Source of the DNA: Felis catus
Taxonomy: Eukaryota
NCBI RefSeq assembly: GCF_018350175.1
Contig: NC_058372.1
Span: 97,590,001 to 97,654,000 of the forward strand
Direction of reading: 5' to 3'
DNA length: 64,000 nucleotides
Shown one piece after another: positions 25,746 to 37,331 of the stretch; the stretch's first letter is position 1, and each line of letters starts with the position of its first letter. Under the pieces are notes generated by a model. It saw nothing but the letters and a program-made list of their open reading frames with translations. It was not told the DNA's origin and made no database searches. The translations under genes were made by a program, and so were the position numbers.

Positions 25746-26122
25746 ACATCTTCTCAAGTACAGTCTTCCCCCAGGTGCCACATATGCTTCTCATAAGGCT
25801 TCCCTTTCTGTATGGAAACTGGAGAAAGGACCTTGACGGGATCTACTGTGTTATCACTGGAGAGATTGGCCAGGGGGCTGCCTTGTTCCTGGGGTGGGGA
25901 GAAGGATGTTTGCTGACTGCTTGCTCTTTCCGACTTGGAGATGCATGCTTTAATGCTAGATTTTCATTCCACGGTGGAGAATCCCCACTTTGTAAGAGGC
26001 ATCCCCCACTTCACCCTGGTTTTATTAATGTGTTCATTTGATTTAAAAAAACATTGCTTTCCCCCATCTTCTAAATTGTTTTGAAGTTCCAAAAACTAAA
26101 ATGAGTTAAAATTTTGTTTTGA

Positions 26123-26310
26123 AGGGAGCCTGGGTGGCTCATTTGGTTAAGTGTCCAACTTTGGCTCAGGTCATAATTTTGTGGTTCATGAGTTTGAGCC
26201 CTGCATCGGGCTCTCTGCTGTCAGCACGGAGCCCGCTTCAGATCCTCTGGCCCTTCCCTCCCCCCCCCCCAAATAAAATAAATAAGCTTTTAAAAATGGT
26301 AAAAAAAAAA
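26123..26310 (+). mobile_element. CAN-SINE
   Basis: GCCTGGGTGGCTCATTTGGTTAAGTGTCC head, A tail. Confidence 0.85.
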
Positions 26311-26533
26311 TTTGTTTAAAAACATTTTTTGGTATGAAAACTAGTAATACTTCTGATATTTAGAGATCCTGTAAATGAGTGTTTCTCAAAGTGTTTCACA
26401 GAATACAGATCCTCAAGGTATTCCTGGGTATTATGTAGAAAATGCATTCTGTGGTCAAATTTGAGGACTACCATGTTAAACAGTGAAATAGGGATGTTTC
26501 GATGTTTCCAGCAGGGTTTCTCAGAGCCTTTTT

Positions 26534-26791
26534 TAAAAAATATAATTTATTGTCAAATTGACTTACGTACAGTGCTCATGCCAACAAGTGCCCTCCTCAA
26601 TGCCCATCACCCGTTTTCCCTTCTCCCCCAACTCCCCATCAACCCTCTGTTCTCCCTGTTTAAGATTCTCTTGTGGTTTGCCTCCCTCCCTCTCTGTTTG
26701 TAACTATTTTTTCCCCTTCCCTTCCCCCACAGACTTCTGTTAAGTTTCTCAAGATCCACATATGAGTGAAAACATATGATATCTGTTCTTC
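26534..26791 (-). mobile_element. 5'-truncated feline L1 3' end
   Basis: TTTATTGTCAAATTG...CAGTGCTCATGCCAACAAGTGCCCTCCTCAATGCCCATCACC...ATGAGTGAAAACATATG; TSD TCTCAGAG(C/A)CTTTTT. Confidence 0.85.
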
Positions 26792-28164
26792 TCTCAGAGA
26801 CTTTTTAATATATGTTATGAGCCTTGTAGATAGGATTGCAGGGTTTCATAAATTCATTTGATATTTTGAGTCAAATCCTTTTTCTTCAAGAAACCAGGAC
26901 CAGTGTTCTAAGAAAACCCCTAAAGACATGAGCCAGCTACCCACTTCAGCTCACTGTCCCTGGGGTTCTGTTGTGATGGGAACTGTGGATTTAAAAAGCC
27001 TCCCTACAACCCAGTCCAAGTTAAGTATTGTCTGTGTGGTACGGCAGAGGGGCTGTGGGATTTGTAGCAGGCTTCCATTTTCATGGCTATATGTCATTGA
27101 GTCAAGTCCCTCCTCTGCTTATCTGTGACCTGAGGTTAAAATGGAAACCTATCCCACAGAGCTCTTGCATGGGCTAATGTCCTTTGGCAACTTTTTAAAA
27201 AGTTATTTAATATTTATTGTTACTTAAAATGGCTCCAGAGGTTAATACAGAATAAAGGAGCCAGCCAAGCAAGCCAGTGTTACACTGTTGGCAGAAAGAA
27301 TGAGTACATTCCTCAATAAACTAGAACCAGTCCATTTTCTTATTAAAAAGGTATAGCAGTTGCCTGTTGGGTGAACCTTTTTGGTGATTTTTCCCTAGAA
27401 GTCCCACCTACCAATTTGGAGGTGCCTGTGAGAGAAGCTATTGTTTCACTAACAGCCCTCTGTTAGGGAACTTCTGATGCAGATGGAATGAGAAGGTTTG
27501 TATGTGGTACCTAAAATGCTCCCTTAGCAACTTTAAAGGATTGTCTGAGAAATCCTGGCTTTCCTTGGGTGCCAATCAGTATTCAAAGGGCTGGTAGCGC
27601 TCTGCTGAGGGAGAAGCCTCGCCTTCCCCCTTCCCTGCTCCCTCAGTGTGGCCTCTTCCTGCTGGTAGGGAGCCTAGAAATCTGATCATCCCTCTCCCAC
27701 TGCCAGCCCATCCCAAGCCATGCAGAGAAATAACGAGCTGTTCCAGCCCTCCTAGGGCTGTCTTGAGGGCCGAAATCCCCAAGGTTGCCCCACAATAAAT
27801 AACTTGGTGCTGGCAGAGGTCTGGCCATAGACACCCCCACCCCCTGGGGCTGGCGGTTTACCCCTATTGGCTAATGTGACACAATTTGGGATTCCGAAAA
27901 TGTGGTCGCTGTGCCCTTACCATCTCTTCCAGTGAAAACCCAGAGAAAATGGGCTGTTCTTATCCGGGAGCTTTCCTCCCAAAGAAGCAGGACCAAGACT
28001 GGAACTGAAGCACACTACTCCCTAAAGAACCGCTGTGCACTTGGGTGCAGGTGCTGTGTTTTGTTTCTCTTCCCAGTAATAGATGGGACTGCACTCTGTA
28101 ATTCTAGGTTTTCTGTTTTTTTAATAACCTCTTTTTTGCTAAGAATCTATGACATTCATTTATT

Positions 28165-28398
28165 TTTTTTTATTTAAAAAAAATTTTTTTTTCAACGTTT
28201 ATTTATTTTTTTGGGGACAGAGAGAGACAGAGCATGAACGGGGGCGGGGCAGAGAGAGAGGGAGACACAGAATCGGAAACAGGCTCCAGGCTCTGAGCCA
28301 TCAGCCCAGAGCCTGACGCGGGGCTCGAACTCCCGGACCGCGAGATCGTGACCTGGCTGAAGTTGGACGTTTAACCGACTGCGCCACCCAGGCGCCCC
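28165..28398 (-). mobile_element. Young SINEC_Fc
   Basis: CpG-rich, perfect 17-bp TSD TATGACATTCATTTATT. Confidence 0.95.
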
Positions 28399-29744
28399 TA
28401 TGACATTCATTTATTAAACGATGAGAATTATTTGGTCATGGAAGCCTCAGAAAATAATTCCACTGTTTCTGAAGGATAAAACGTTAATTGCCAGTGTTGG
28501 TTTGATTGAAGGTTTGTATATCAGTATGTCTTCTCTCTCCCTGTCTCCCCCTTCCCCTCCCTCCTCTGTGTATTTCTCTCTGATGAAAGAAAAGTCTGGA
28601 TAGTTAAGATTTTCTTTTTTTTAAAGTATTCATGTCTGTGTGGAGTGTTTGATTTGACTCCCTAAGGGAATTTAACGGCCAAGAAGAGAAGGCCAGAGGT
28701 TCTGAGGTTGAAATTTTAAATTAATTTCCAGTGGGTTTCCATGTATATGTGCCATTGTAATTATTTGGAATTTCCATTGGTCATTTTATGTTCAGAAATG
28801 ATCACAAAGCAGTACAGCCCAACATATCTGTAAGTGATCAGAAAATATGTGTTGACTGGTAGACCTGTTATAAGTCAGCCCTTTCCCACTGCCTGAATGC
28901 CTCAAGCCAAAGCACTCTGTGTCCAGCCCCGCTCAACCCAGGTTGCCTGCTGGCGGGGGGGACCCCGTGGAAGGGAGCTGCAGGCACTTAGTAGGCTGCA
29001 TAGGGAGAGGAGGGCCACCCATGCCGCACAACGTGTGGATTTGCCTCACTCCTGGAGTCTACACTCCTGGCCAGACTGTTGACCTTAGGATGGTCCTTTG
29101 TCTCTATTAATCTCGGAGCCACCCTTGAGACCTTCCTTTCAGTTCCCTTCTTGGTTTCCTTCTTCTGTTGTGCTGGTGTAATTGTTGCTTCTTGGCCACC
29201 ACCTGTGTCACCTGCATGTCCTGTCATACCTTACAGGTGGACTATTTGTGGAACTAAAATAGCTCGTTTTGTGTTTTCAGTTTCAGAATCACTTTTGGAA
29301 AAATTAGATTATCTTAAAAACCTTGTATATCTAAAGCAGGAAAAGAGGACTTTGGAGTCGGCTCTCTTCAGTACCTAGTTGTGGAACCCTTAGATGGGCT
29401 GGCACGCTAGACCTACATTTGCAGTCCCAAGTCCCAGGGATCTAGTGTGCCCCAGACTGAAGGGATGGCTGCACCCCTCCCCCTGCAACTATCCCCACCC
29501 CCAGCGACTAAATGCAGTGAAGTCACACAGGCAAACATAAACACGTGGTGTTCAGCTCATGGTTTATGGCTCTACGCGTTTCTTCCTGGATGACAGTTCC
29601 CTCTCGTTTGTAAGTGGTGAATCACTAAAGCGCTGATAGCAAGTTGAGAGAGTAGGAAGATGTTAATTTGGAGGCTGGTAATAAAGGATGTGTATGGTAG
29701 GATGTACAGAAAAGATGGGAGGAGGTAAATATTAAATACTATTT

Positions 29745-29955
29745 TAAATTAAAAAAAATTTTTTTAATATTTATTTTTGAGAGAAAGAGTGAGGGGGAGA
29801 AGGGGCAGAGAGAGAGGGAGACACAGGTTCCGAAGCAGGCTCCAGACTCTGAACTGTAAGCAAAGAGCCTGATGCAGGGCTCGAACTCATGAACCGTGAG
29901 ATCATAACCTGAGCCAAAGTCAGACGCTTAACTGACTAAGCCACCCAGGCACCCC
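29745..29955 (-). mobile_element. CAN-SINE (SINEC_Fc-like)
   Basis: Reverse body ending GCCACCCAGGCACCCC. Confidence 0.9.
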
Positions 29956-31542
29956 TATTATTTTAGGTTTTTTAATTGTTGTTAAATTAGTTGAATGTTA
30001 AAAGTGTGCCTTGTATTGATCCTTAGGTGGTTTCATAAGAAACACAGGGTTTAGAAAGTTAATCAGAAGTCATCCTCCCCAGAAAAGGACATTAAAATTC
30101 TATGTTTTGTCCCACAAGCAGTAGGTTCTGCCTGAAATAAGATTAAGTCTGAGCAAATGTGAGTAGGTTTAAAATGCTTCATGGAAGCTTGTAGCATTTA
30201 AAGGCTGCTAAGTATTTGAATTGGCAGAGGGGAAGAGAGGGCTATTCCAGGAGGATGTTCATTCATTTCTTCAGCCAACATTTATTTTGTGCGTATTCTA
30301 TATTTCAACTTTCCAGTCTACTTAGGACATCAAGAAAATTTTATATATTATGCTTCTTTAGGGCAAATACCATGTCTAAGATACTGCTTTTAAAATAATA
30401 GGTGCTCCATAAGTGTTCGATTTGGGGATTTTGCTCTGCTTTCAAGGAATTCAGCATATTGGGAGTTCAAGGTCTAAAAAAGTAACCGTCTGAGCACTAT
30501 GTAATTAAGTGCCAGGTGAGTGGCTTAGGAGTTTAGTAGTGAACAGCCTGGGGAAGGTGGGGCTGGAGGACTCCTCTCGACACATGGGTTGATTCACCTA
30601 CGTGGGGGAAGCAAACCAGGCAAAGTGTGATTGAACCTGACCATCGGGTGAGGAGGGTTTGAACCCATCAGCAGTAGTGGGAAACAGAGCCTAGGTGAGG
30701 ACAGTGGAGCCTGAGCCCACAGGTCTCTGCCAGCTAAGTTTTGGGGATATTATAATTAAGGTTACATAACCATGAGTCCAGAAAGACCTAAACATCACTT
30801 AAAGGCTTTTGCCTTTAAAACGATTCTTTAAAAGATGTAATACAAATTTTACATGCTATGCTATGTGGTTTGAAAATCTAAGACTCTTAAGAAAATATGA
30901 AATCTCTACAACTTTGCTGTCAATGGTAAATTAATATGTATCCTATTTCTGCCATGGTAATCACCATATTCGACCCTGGAGGCATAAAGGCTATTGACTA
31001 ACATAACCTCTGCCCAATATAAAGACAGAGATAGGACATTCTTCAGTGAAACGTATATTAACCATCAACAATCCCTGCAGTTTAAGCCACAGGACAGTCA
31101 ATGCCTCTCTGCAGGTCAGCCCTGCCTTCATCCCTCAGCTGTGAAACACTAGGATTGTGGTTCCTTCTCCTGTTTCTTCAGTGGTTTATTAGTACAGCAT
31201 AAAGGCTGCGTGGAGGGCAGTCCACACTAGGTCCAGATTTTGAAGTGTCCTGGAGGGAAAGGCTTGTCAGCGGACTCTCACCAGCCTTCACAGACAGGCT
31301 TCACCTGCCCCCTTGAAGAACCCAGGAATTACTGGGATGTAGCAGAAAGGAGTGCTCACACAGGTCAAGCTTTTACACAAACTGAACTTTTTTTTTTTTT
31401 TTTTTTTTTTTTTGGGAATAGCATGGGTAGCTGAGTGTCTTTCCAGTATTACCTTTGCCATAAAAAGCTTCTTATAGTAAGCTTTCCTATGACATCCCCA
31501 CCTTCTCTATAAATATTTACTTGCCCATTAAAAAGCATCAGA

Positions 31543-31766
31543 GGGGCGCCTGGGTGGCTCAGTCGGTTAAGCGTCCGACTTCGGCTCAGGTCACGATCTC
31601 GCGGTCCGTGAGTTCGAGCCCCGCGTTGGGCTCTGGGCTGATGGCTCAGAGCCTGGAGCCTGCTTCCGATTCTGTGTCTCCCTCTCTCTCTGCCCCTCCC
31701 CCCGTTCATGCTCTGTCTCTCTCTGTCTCAAAAATAAATAAATGTTAAAAAAAAAAATTAAAAAAA
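31543..31766 (+). mobile_element. Young SINEC_Fc
   Basis: CpG-rich, long A tail, TSD AAAAAGCATCAGA. Confidence 0.95.
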
Positions 31767-34587
31767 AAAAAGCATCAGAGCCTATAGGCTGTATTTCCTA
31801 GGAACTTGACTTTCCTTAAGTGAGGCTCCTCAAACAATACAAATTTGGCCTCTAGCCTGACCAAACTTCCATACCTGTTCTGTTTCTCTCATAAATTATT
31901 CAATGTCAAAAGTGGCAAGTTGACAGCATTTGTCAAAATGTATTTTTGTAGAGCTGCACCTCCTAATTCCTCTTCCCTGGCAGTCGTGGAGGACGGCATG
32001 ATTTGGCCAGCATCACAGGCAGACGGCTGGGTTGTAATCCGCCAGGTCCCTGCTATCACAGGTGACCACCAGGCTGGTTCTCAGGTGCTTCCATAAGTCA
32101 TCTTCATCTCCCACTCGAACCTGGAAGATATTGAAAAATTACCAAATTAAACCAGAGTGTTGGGTCCATCAAGTGTGTTCTTGAGCTGCTCCACATTTGG
32201 GCTGTGAGGATGGGCTCCAAGGGATCTGCTGCCATTTTGTCACTCCCAAATGAGACGTGGCTGCCTAGCCCAAGATGCAGAGAAATGCTGTTTTTCCAGG
32301 GGTGACACGAGCTACAAAAGCCTCAGTGGATGGTGGCAGATGGTTGTGGCTCGTGATGGATTTGGTATCCCGGAGATCCCTCTGGGGACAAAGCAGAGAT
32401 GGTGACAGGCAGGCATTTCTTTGTTCCCTCCTCACAAGTGGAAACATTCAGATAGTCTGAAGCCCTCACCTGTTCTCTGAACTCCACATGAGGTTTCCTT
32501 GTCAGATCGAGTGAGCATTGATTCATTTCCTTCTCTGTCCTAAATATTCCATATTTAATCCCCAGCTTATCCTGGGGGTTGCAGGTTTGGCTTAAATTAA
32601 GTTTATGTTTAAAGAGTGGGGAGAGTGGTGTTTCACTTTGTGTTTTCCAGGCAGACTTCCTCCAAACATCTTGCGTTTTAGCTAGGAAAGCAGTGGATAA
32701 CCTTCCCGGATTTGTGGGTGTGCGAGCTGCATGCTACTGGCTCGTTTTCCTTCCATGTCGGATTTGGTATTGGGGTCCTATTCCTTTCCTCTCTGCCAAA
32801 AACATGAAAACACTACTGAGAAATCCAAATTTGTCACAGTGGAGTTATGTTGTGGGAGGACAGCAGTAGGGACTTTTATGTTTTATTTCCAGATTAAAGT
32901 TGATTGGGGTTGTTATGTTTTGTGTAGAGTTTTTTGGAGGCGTTGCCCTTTCTTAGAACATCATGTGATTTAGTGGTGATAATTAGGCAGAAACTTGTCT
33001 TCCCTACAGATGCCAAGATTATAGAGGGACTTACTCTCACCAGAGACCAGATGACAGCATCCATAGATATTTTTAGAACCGGTCTCATCATTTGGCTTCT
33101 CCATTTCATTTTCCTTGCATTAACAGCCTGATTTCAAACTTACTGGGCAGGAAGAGGGGAGAGAAGGGACCTTCTCCTTATTAAAGTCACTGATGGGACA
33201 GAGCAACACTTTCTTTTCTTTTAGGACAACATTTTCATATTTATTCTTAGTTGGCCCTTTGCCCAGTAACTGCAAAATGATAGCTGCAGTTCTCTTCAGC
33301 TGTATGCTTCCTTTTCCTTCCAAAAGTTTTGCTTAATCTGATGTGTTTTTAAACTTAGCATCAGCATACTTAAACCTTAGTTCACTTAAATGTCTTACTT
33401 TAAACAATGTAAGAATGGGGGAGCTTCATTGAAACCTACGAAACTTGTACCCAACCTGTGCATCATTAAATTCCCAGCTCGGGAGCTGGTGTCATCATTT
33501 AAAGTGCTTCATCTATTTTTTCGGTTATTGATAGAGTCAGATAAACATGTGCAAACAGTGAGCCACTAAAGAACAGCTAAAAATCTAAGGCAGATAAGGA
33601 GCTGTGTTCTTTGTGACTATTTTTAATCATAGAGTCTTCCTAGTGAATGGTGATTTGGTGTCCCTTTTAGAAGAATGCTTGTATTTCTGTTCAACATTTA
33701 TCTGATTTCTTTATGTTTTCAAAATATTTTACAATCTCTTTGCTTTCTATTGCAGAGAAGAGTCACCTTTATGTCCTGTGGAGTGAAATTTCTTTATTAC
33801 ATTTGTCCTTGTGAGAACTTCTTCTAAACCTGGGCCTCTCCTCTCCTGGCTTCTCTTTTAAGCACAGGGGGTTTCCTGAGCAGATTGGGAGGCATTGCCT
33901 GAGAGACCCCCAGGGAGCACCAGGACTTAGTGCCACTGGGGGCCCCAACCCATTCTGCAGAAATGGAAAGAGTTCTGATCAGTGCATTGCCTTGTTAATG
34001 ATAACTGTTCCCAGAAGATTCTGGGCTTTGTGATGACGGAATGTGTATTTGGCCTGGGGATTGTTGTGGGTTGTTGCTCTAGACTGCCCAGTGTGGGCCT
34101 CCTGCCCCTGGTTTCAGGGCCGATGCCCTGTTCTGCTTAGCATGATGCCATGTTGAGGGTTATAGGTGCCCTCTGCCCTCTTCCCTCCTACACTGACCCA
34201 GCTCCAGCATGAGAGCAAGCTGCATGCTCTGCCTCTGTACTTGGGGAATGAATTATGTCACCTTCCCAGTATGCACTGGTTTCCATGGCTGAATAATTAA
34301 CACCGGAGGGAACCAGGATGGGGTCTGAATTAGGTAATGCTTTATAGCTTCTCCCTTGGCACCTGGGGACCGTAGTCCCCTGACAACTAATTGCATAGTG
34401 ATGTTAGACTGTGGTTTATTAAGTGTTATTTGAAGGAAGAAACCAAATACCCTTCCAAAGAATATTGTCTGTACCTCTGTCCATTCACGCCTCAGTGGTC
34501 CCAGGCAGAGTAGCTAGAATAGAACTGGCTCACCCTAGATGGCTAAATTCCTCACAGATACTTAGATCTGGTATCTGTTTTTAGCTT

Positions 34588-34690
34588 TTTCTTTTTTTTT
34601 AAATAATCTCTACACCCAACATGGGACTCGAACTCACAACCCCAAGATCTAGAGTCACATGCTCTACTGACTGAGTCAGCCAGGTGCCCC
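34588..34690 (-). mobile_element. Short CAN-SINE variant
   Basis: AATAATCTCTACACCCAACATGGGACTCGAACTCACAACCCC...AGCCAGGTGCCCC. Confidence 0.8.
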
Positions 34691-37236
34691 TCTTTTAGTT
34701 TTTTTAATGTTGTGAAATCAACAAGTCCGGGATAATATTGTCTAGTACCTTTACAAAGCAAAAAAATCCATCAGCCAGGGAAGCTGGCTGGGTGGGGAAA
34801 GGGGGCCTTTTTTCCCTTCGTTCTTGTCACTGCCTCCGATAAAACAACCTAAGTACTTCTGTTTGGAGCTATAACAAGGGTAATTGTGACCATAGGTATG
34901 TAACATCATAAACACTAGGCCCTGCTGTCCTTCTGAATATTGGTAGTGAAAGGTAAGATTGCTAGCCAGTCCAGCCACAGAAGAGACTGAAGTCATAAGT
35001 ACATTTGTGAAAATTCCAAATGAACCTAGTATAATACCTGTTCTAAAGAGGGGAGAAGTAGATGTCTGCAATGCGTGAGCATACTGGTGCATATTTCGTG
35101 ACTTGCTTGCCTTCTCGGATGAGAAGATCGTGAGTTCCTGTTGCTTCACTACCACTTTTCTATCCACTTCTCAGCTGAGAGCCATTTTTCCCTACCACGA
35201 CAGCTGACGCTGTCTCCATAAACAAAAGGTCTTAGGTCTTGAGGTCAGCCTTGTCGATTCCTTTAGCTACATCTCTATGAGTACTTTTTTTTAATCCTTT
35301 AACTTTTCTGGGCTCAGGGGTCACATGAAGTCTGATAAGACTAAATTCAGATGCTCTGAGAGGACCTCTCTTGTGCGTCACCATTGAAGACTGTTGGAGG
35401 CAAAATAATAATAAGTTGTTAACTGCTAAAGGGATGTTTTGTGAGAGGGCTTTTTGGCCGTATATGTGTGTGTTCTATAATCGTTTTCTCTGCAGATTCT
35501 TAATATAAAAAAAAATTCCTAAGACAGCCCACTTAGAGATCACTTACTCCTTTCATGGTGAGCGAAGTCAAGATAATCTCTGTCCAGCAGTACAGACTGA
35601 TTAAACCTTTGTGGAAAGTGGCCATTTCAACTCCCCCTGATATTGGATGGTAAACAAGGCCAGTGAGTCCATATAGCCAGTGAGAGAGAACCAGAAAAGC
35701 ACCGCTGGTCTGCTTAGGGTGACCACTTTTTATGATTTTAGCATGAAAGGTCCATGTCCCAGGACATCTCTCAATCTGAAGTCGAGAGCAAAACCCCATC
35801 TGTACCCTGGACTTACCTATCTTAAAAAGGCCTACTGAAACACCACCTTTCTTTGTTAACCTCCCGAAATGGATGACCTCGTTTCCTCTAGGCTTTTTCA
35901 ACTTGAGAGCATCTTGTAATGAAGCCCAGAAGTGAGGTAAGTAGTCTCCATGCTTTATCCTGGGTTTTCAGACCTCTGAACCTAGTGTAGCAAAACAGCT
36001 TTACTATGAGTACTGTTAGCTTGGAGGTGAGGTGAGGGGACAGGAGGCTGGTGAAGTGTGACCCTGAGGTGCCTACGATTGCTGTTTGCATGTTCCTAAT
36101 CGCCTCTGGTTTTCTTTTCTCCTTCTGCAGACCCTCAAACTGACACAAGACCTACAGAGAAAACCCTTTGCCAAATCTGCTCTCAGCAAGTGGACAGTGA
36201 TACCGTTTACAGCTTAACACCTTTGTGAATCCCGCACCATTTTCCTAACCCAGCAGAGACTGTTAATGGCCCCTTACCCCGGGTGAAGCACTTACTCTTG
36301 GAACAGAACTCTCTATATATAAAGTATGCAAAATCTTCCTTGTACGGGGTGATGAGCCACCTGCCAGCAAAGGACAGCATCCTGTCAGCACCACCCACCC
36401 TCGTTCAGAGCACACCGTGAGCTCCTGTTGGCAATTCTGTGGTGTATTCATATCACGATGGTTTATGGGATGTTTTAAGTGTTGTTTTTGTGTTTGTTTT
36501 CCTTTGACTTTCTGAGTTTTTCACATGCATTAACTTGCAGTATTTTTATGTTAAAATGTTAATCATCCTTCCCCTGGCAAATTTAAAACCAGAAGGAAAA
36601 TGTTGTACCAATTACTGTTCTGGCTTTGGTCATCACAAGCATTTGAACCCTTGGAACTCCATAAACTAACAAATTACGTAAACCAGAGGGGGATTTTCTT
36701 TCTTCTTTTGTTTGGTAGAAAACTATCCTTTTCTAAAAACCAAACGATGGCACAACTGTTTGCTGTGCACACCAGTTCAGGACTGAATCCTGCACAGGCA
36801 AAACAAGTGGAGTGTGGCACTCGACCCAGTGTGTTTTAGTTCTGAGTCAGGTGCTCAGGGGGTGAGACCCCCAGCACCTAGTCTACAGTTGCCAGGTCAG
36901 TGGGTCTCTTGGTCTCCTGGCATGATCCTCAGCTAATGCAGTGAACAGTGATGGTATGTGGGTTAGAAATTAGGATGTTTTCAAGAATGAAATCAGCTCA
37001 GCTGCCCACTTGTTGCCAAATACCACTAGAGGATTTAGTTTTAAGGAGAAAAGGAAAAAAAAAGTAGTCCTGGTTTGCTTTGCAGAAGAAATGAACTCAC
37101 AGCAAAGAATGCATGAAAAGTACAAACCGGAGTCACTATTTTCCTAAAATACACACCCTTGAATATTTTCAGCCTTGCTGTGTATAATCTGATCTACTAG
37201 ACGTGTATGAGTGAGAGGCAATAGCATACAAACTGA

Positions 37237-37250
37237 TTTATATATATATA

Positions 37251-37302
<52 letters not shown>

Positions 37303-37331
37303 CACACACGCGTGCACATATATATATAAAA
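37237..37331. repeat. (TA)n/(TG)/(CA) quasi-palindromic microsatellite
   Basis: Read directly. Confidence 0.9.

Larger units (their letters stand above)
21332..36130 (+). other. FOXO3: FOXO3 3'UTR intron (~14.8 kb)
   Basis: GT at 21332; polypyrimidine tract TTTTCTTTTCTCCTTCTGCAG ending 36130. Confidence 0.88.
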
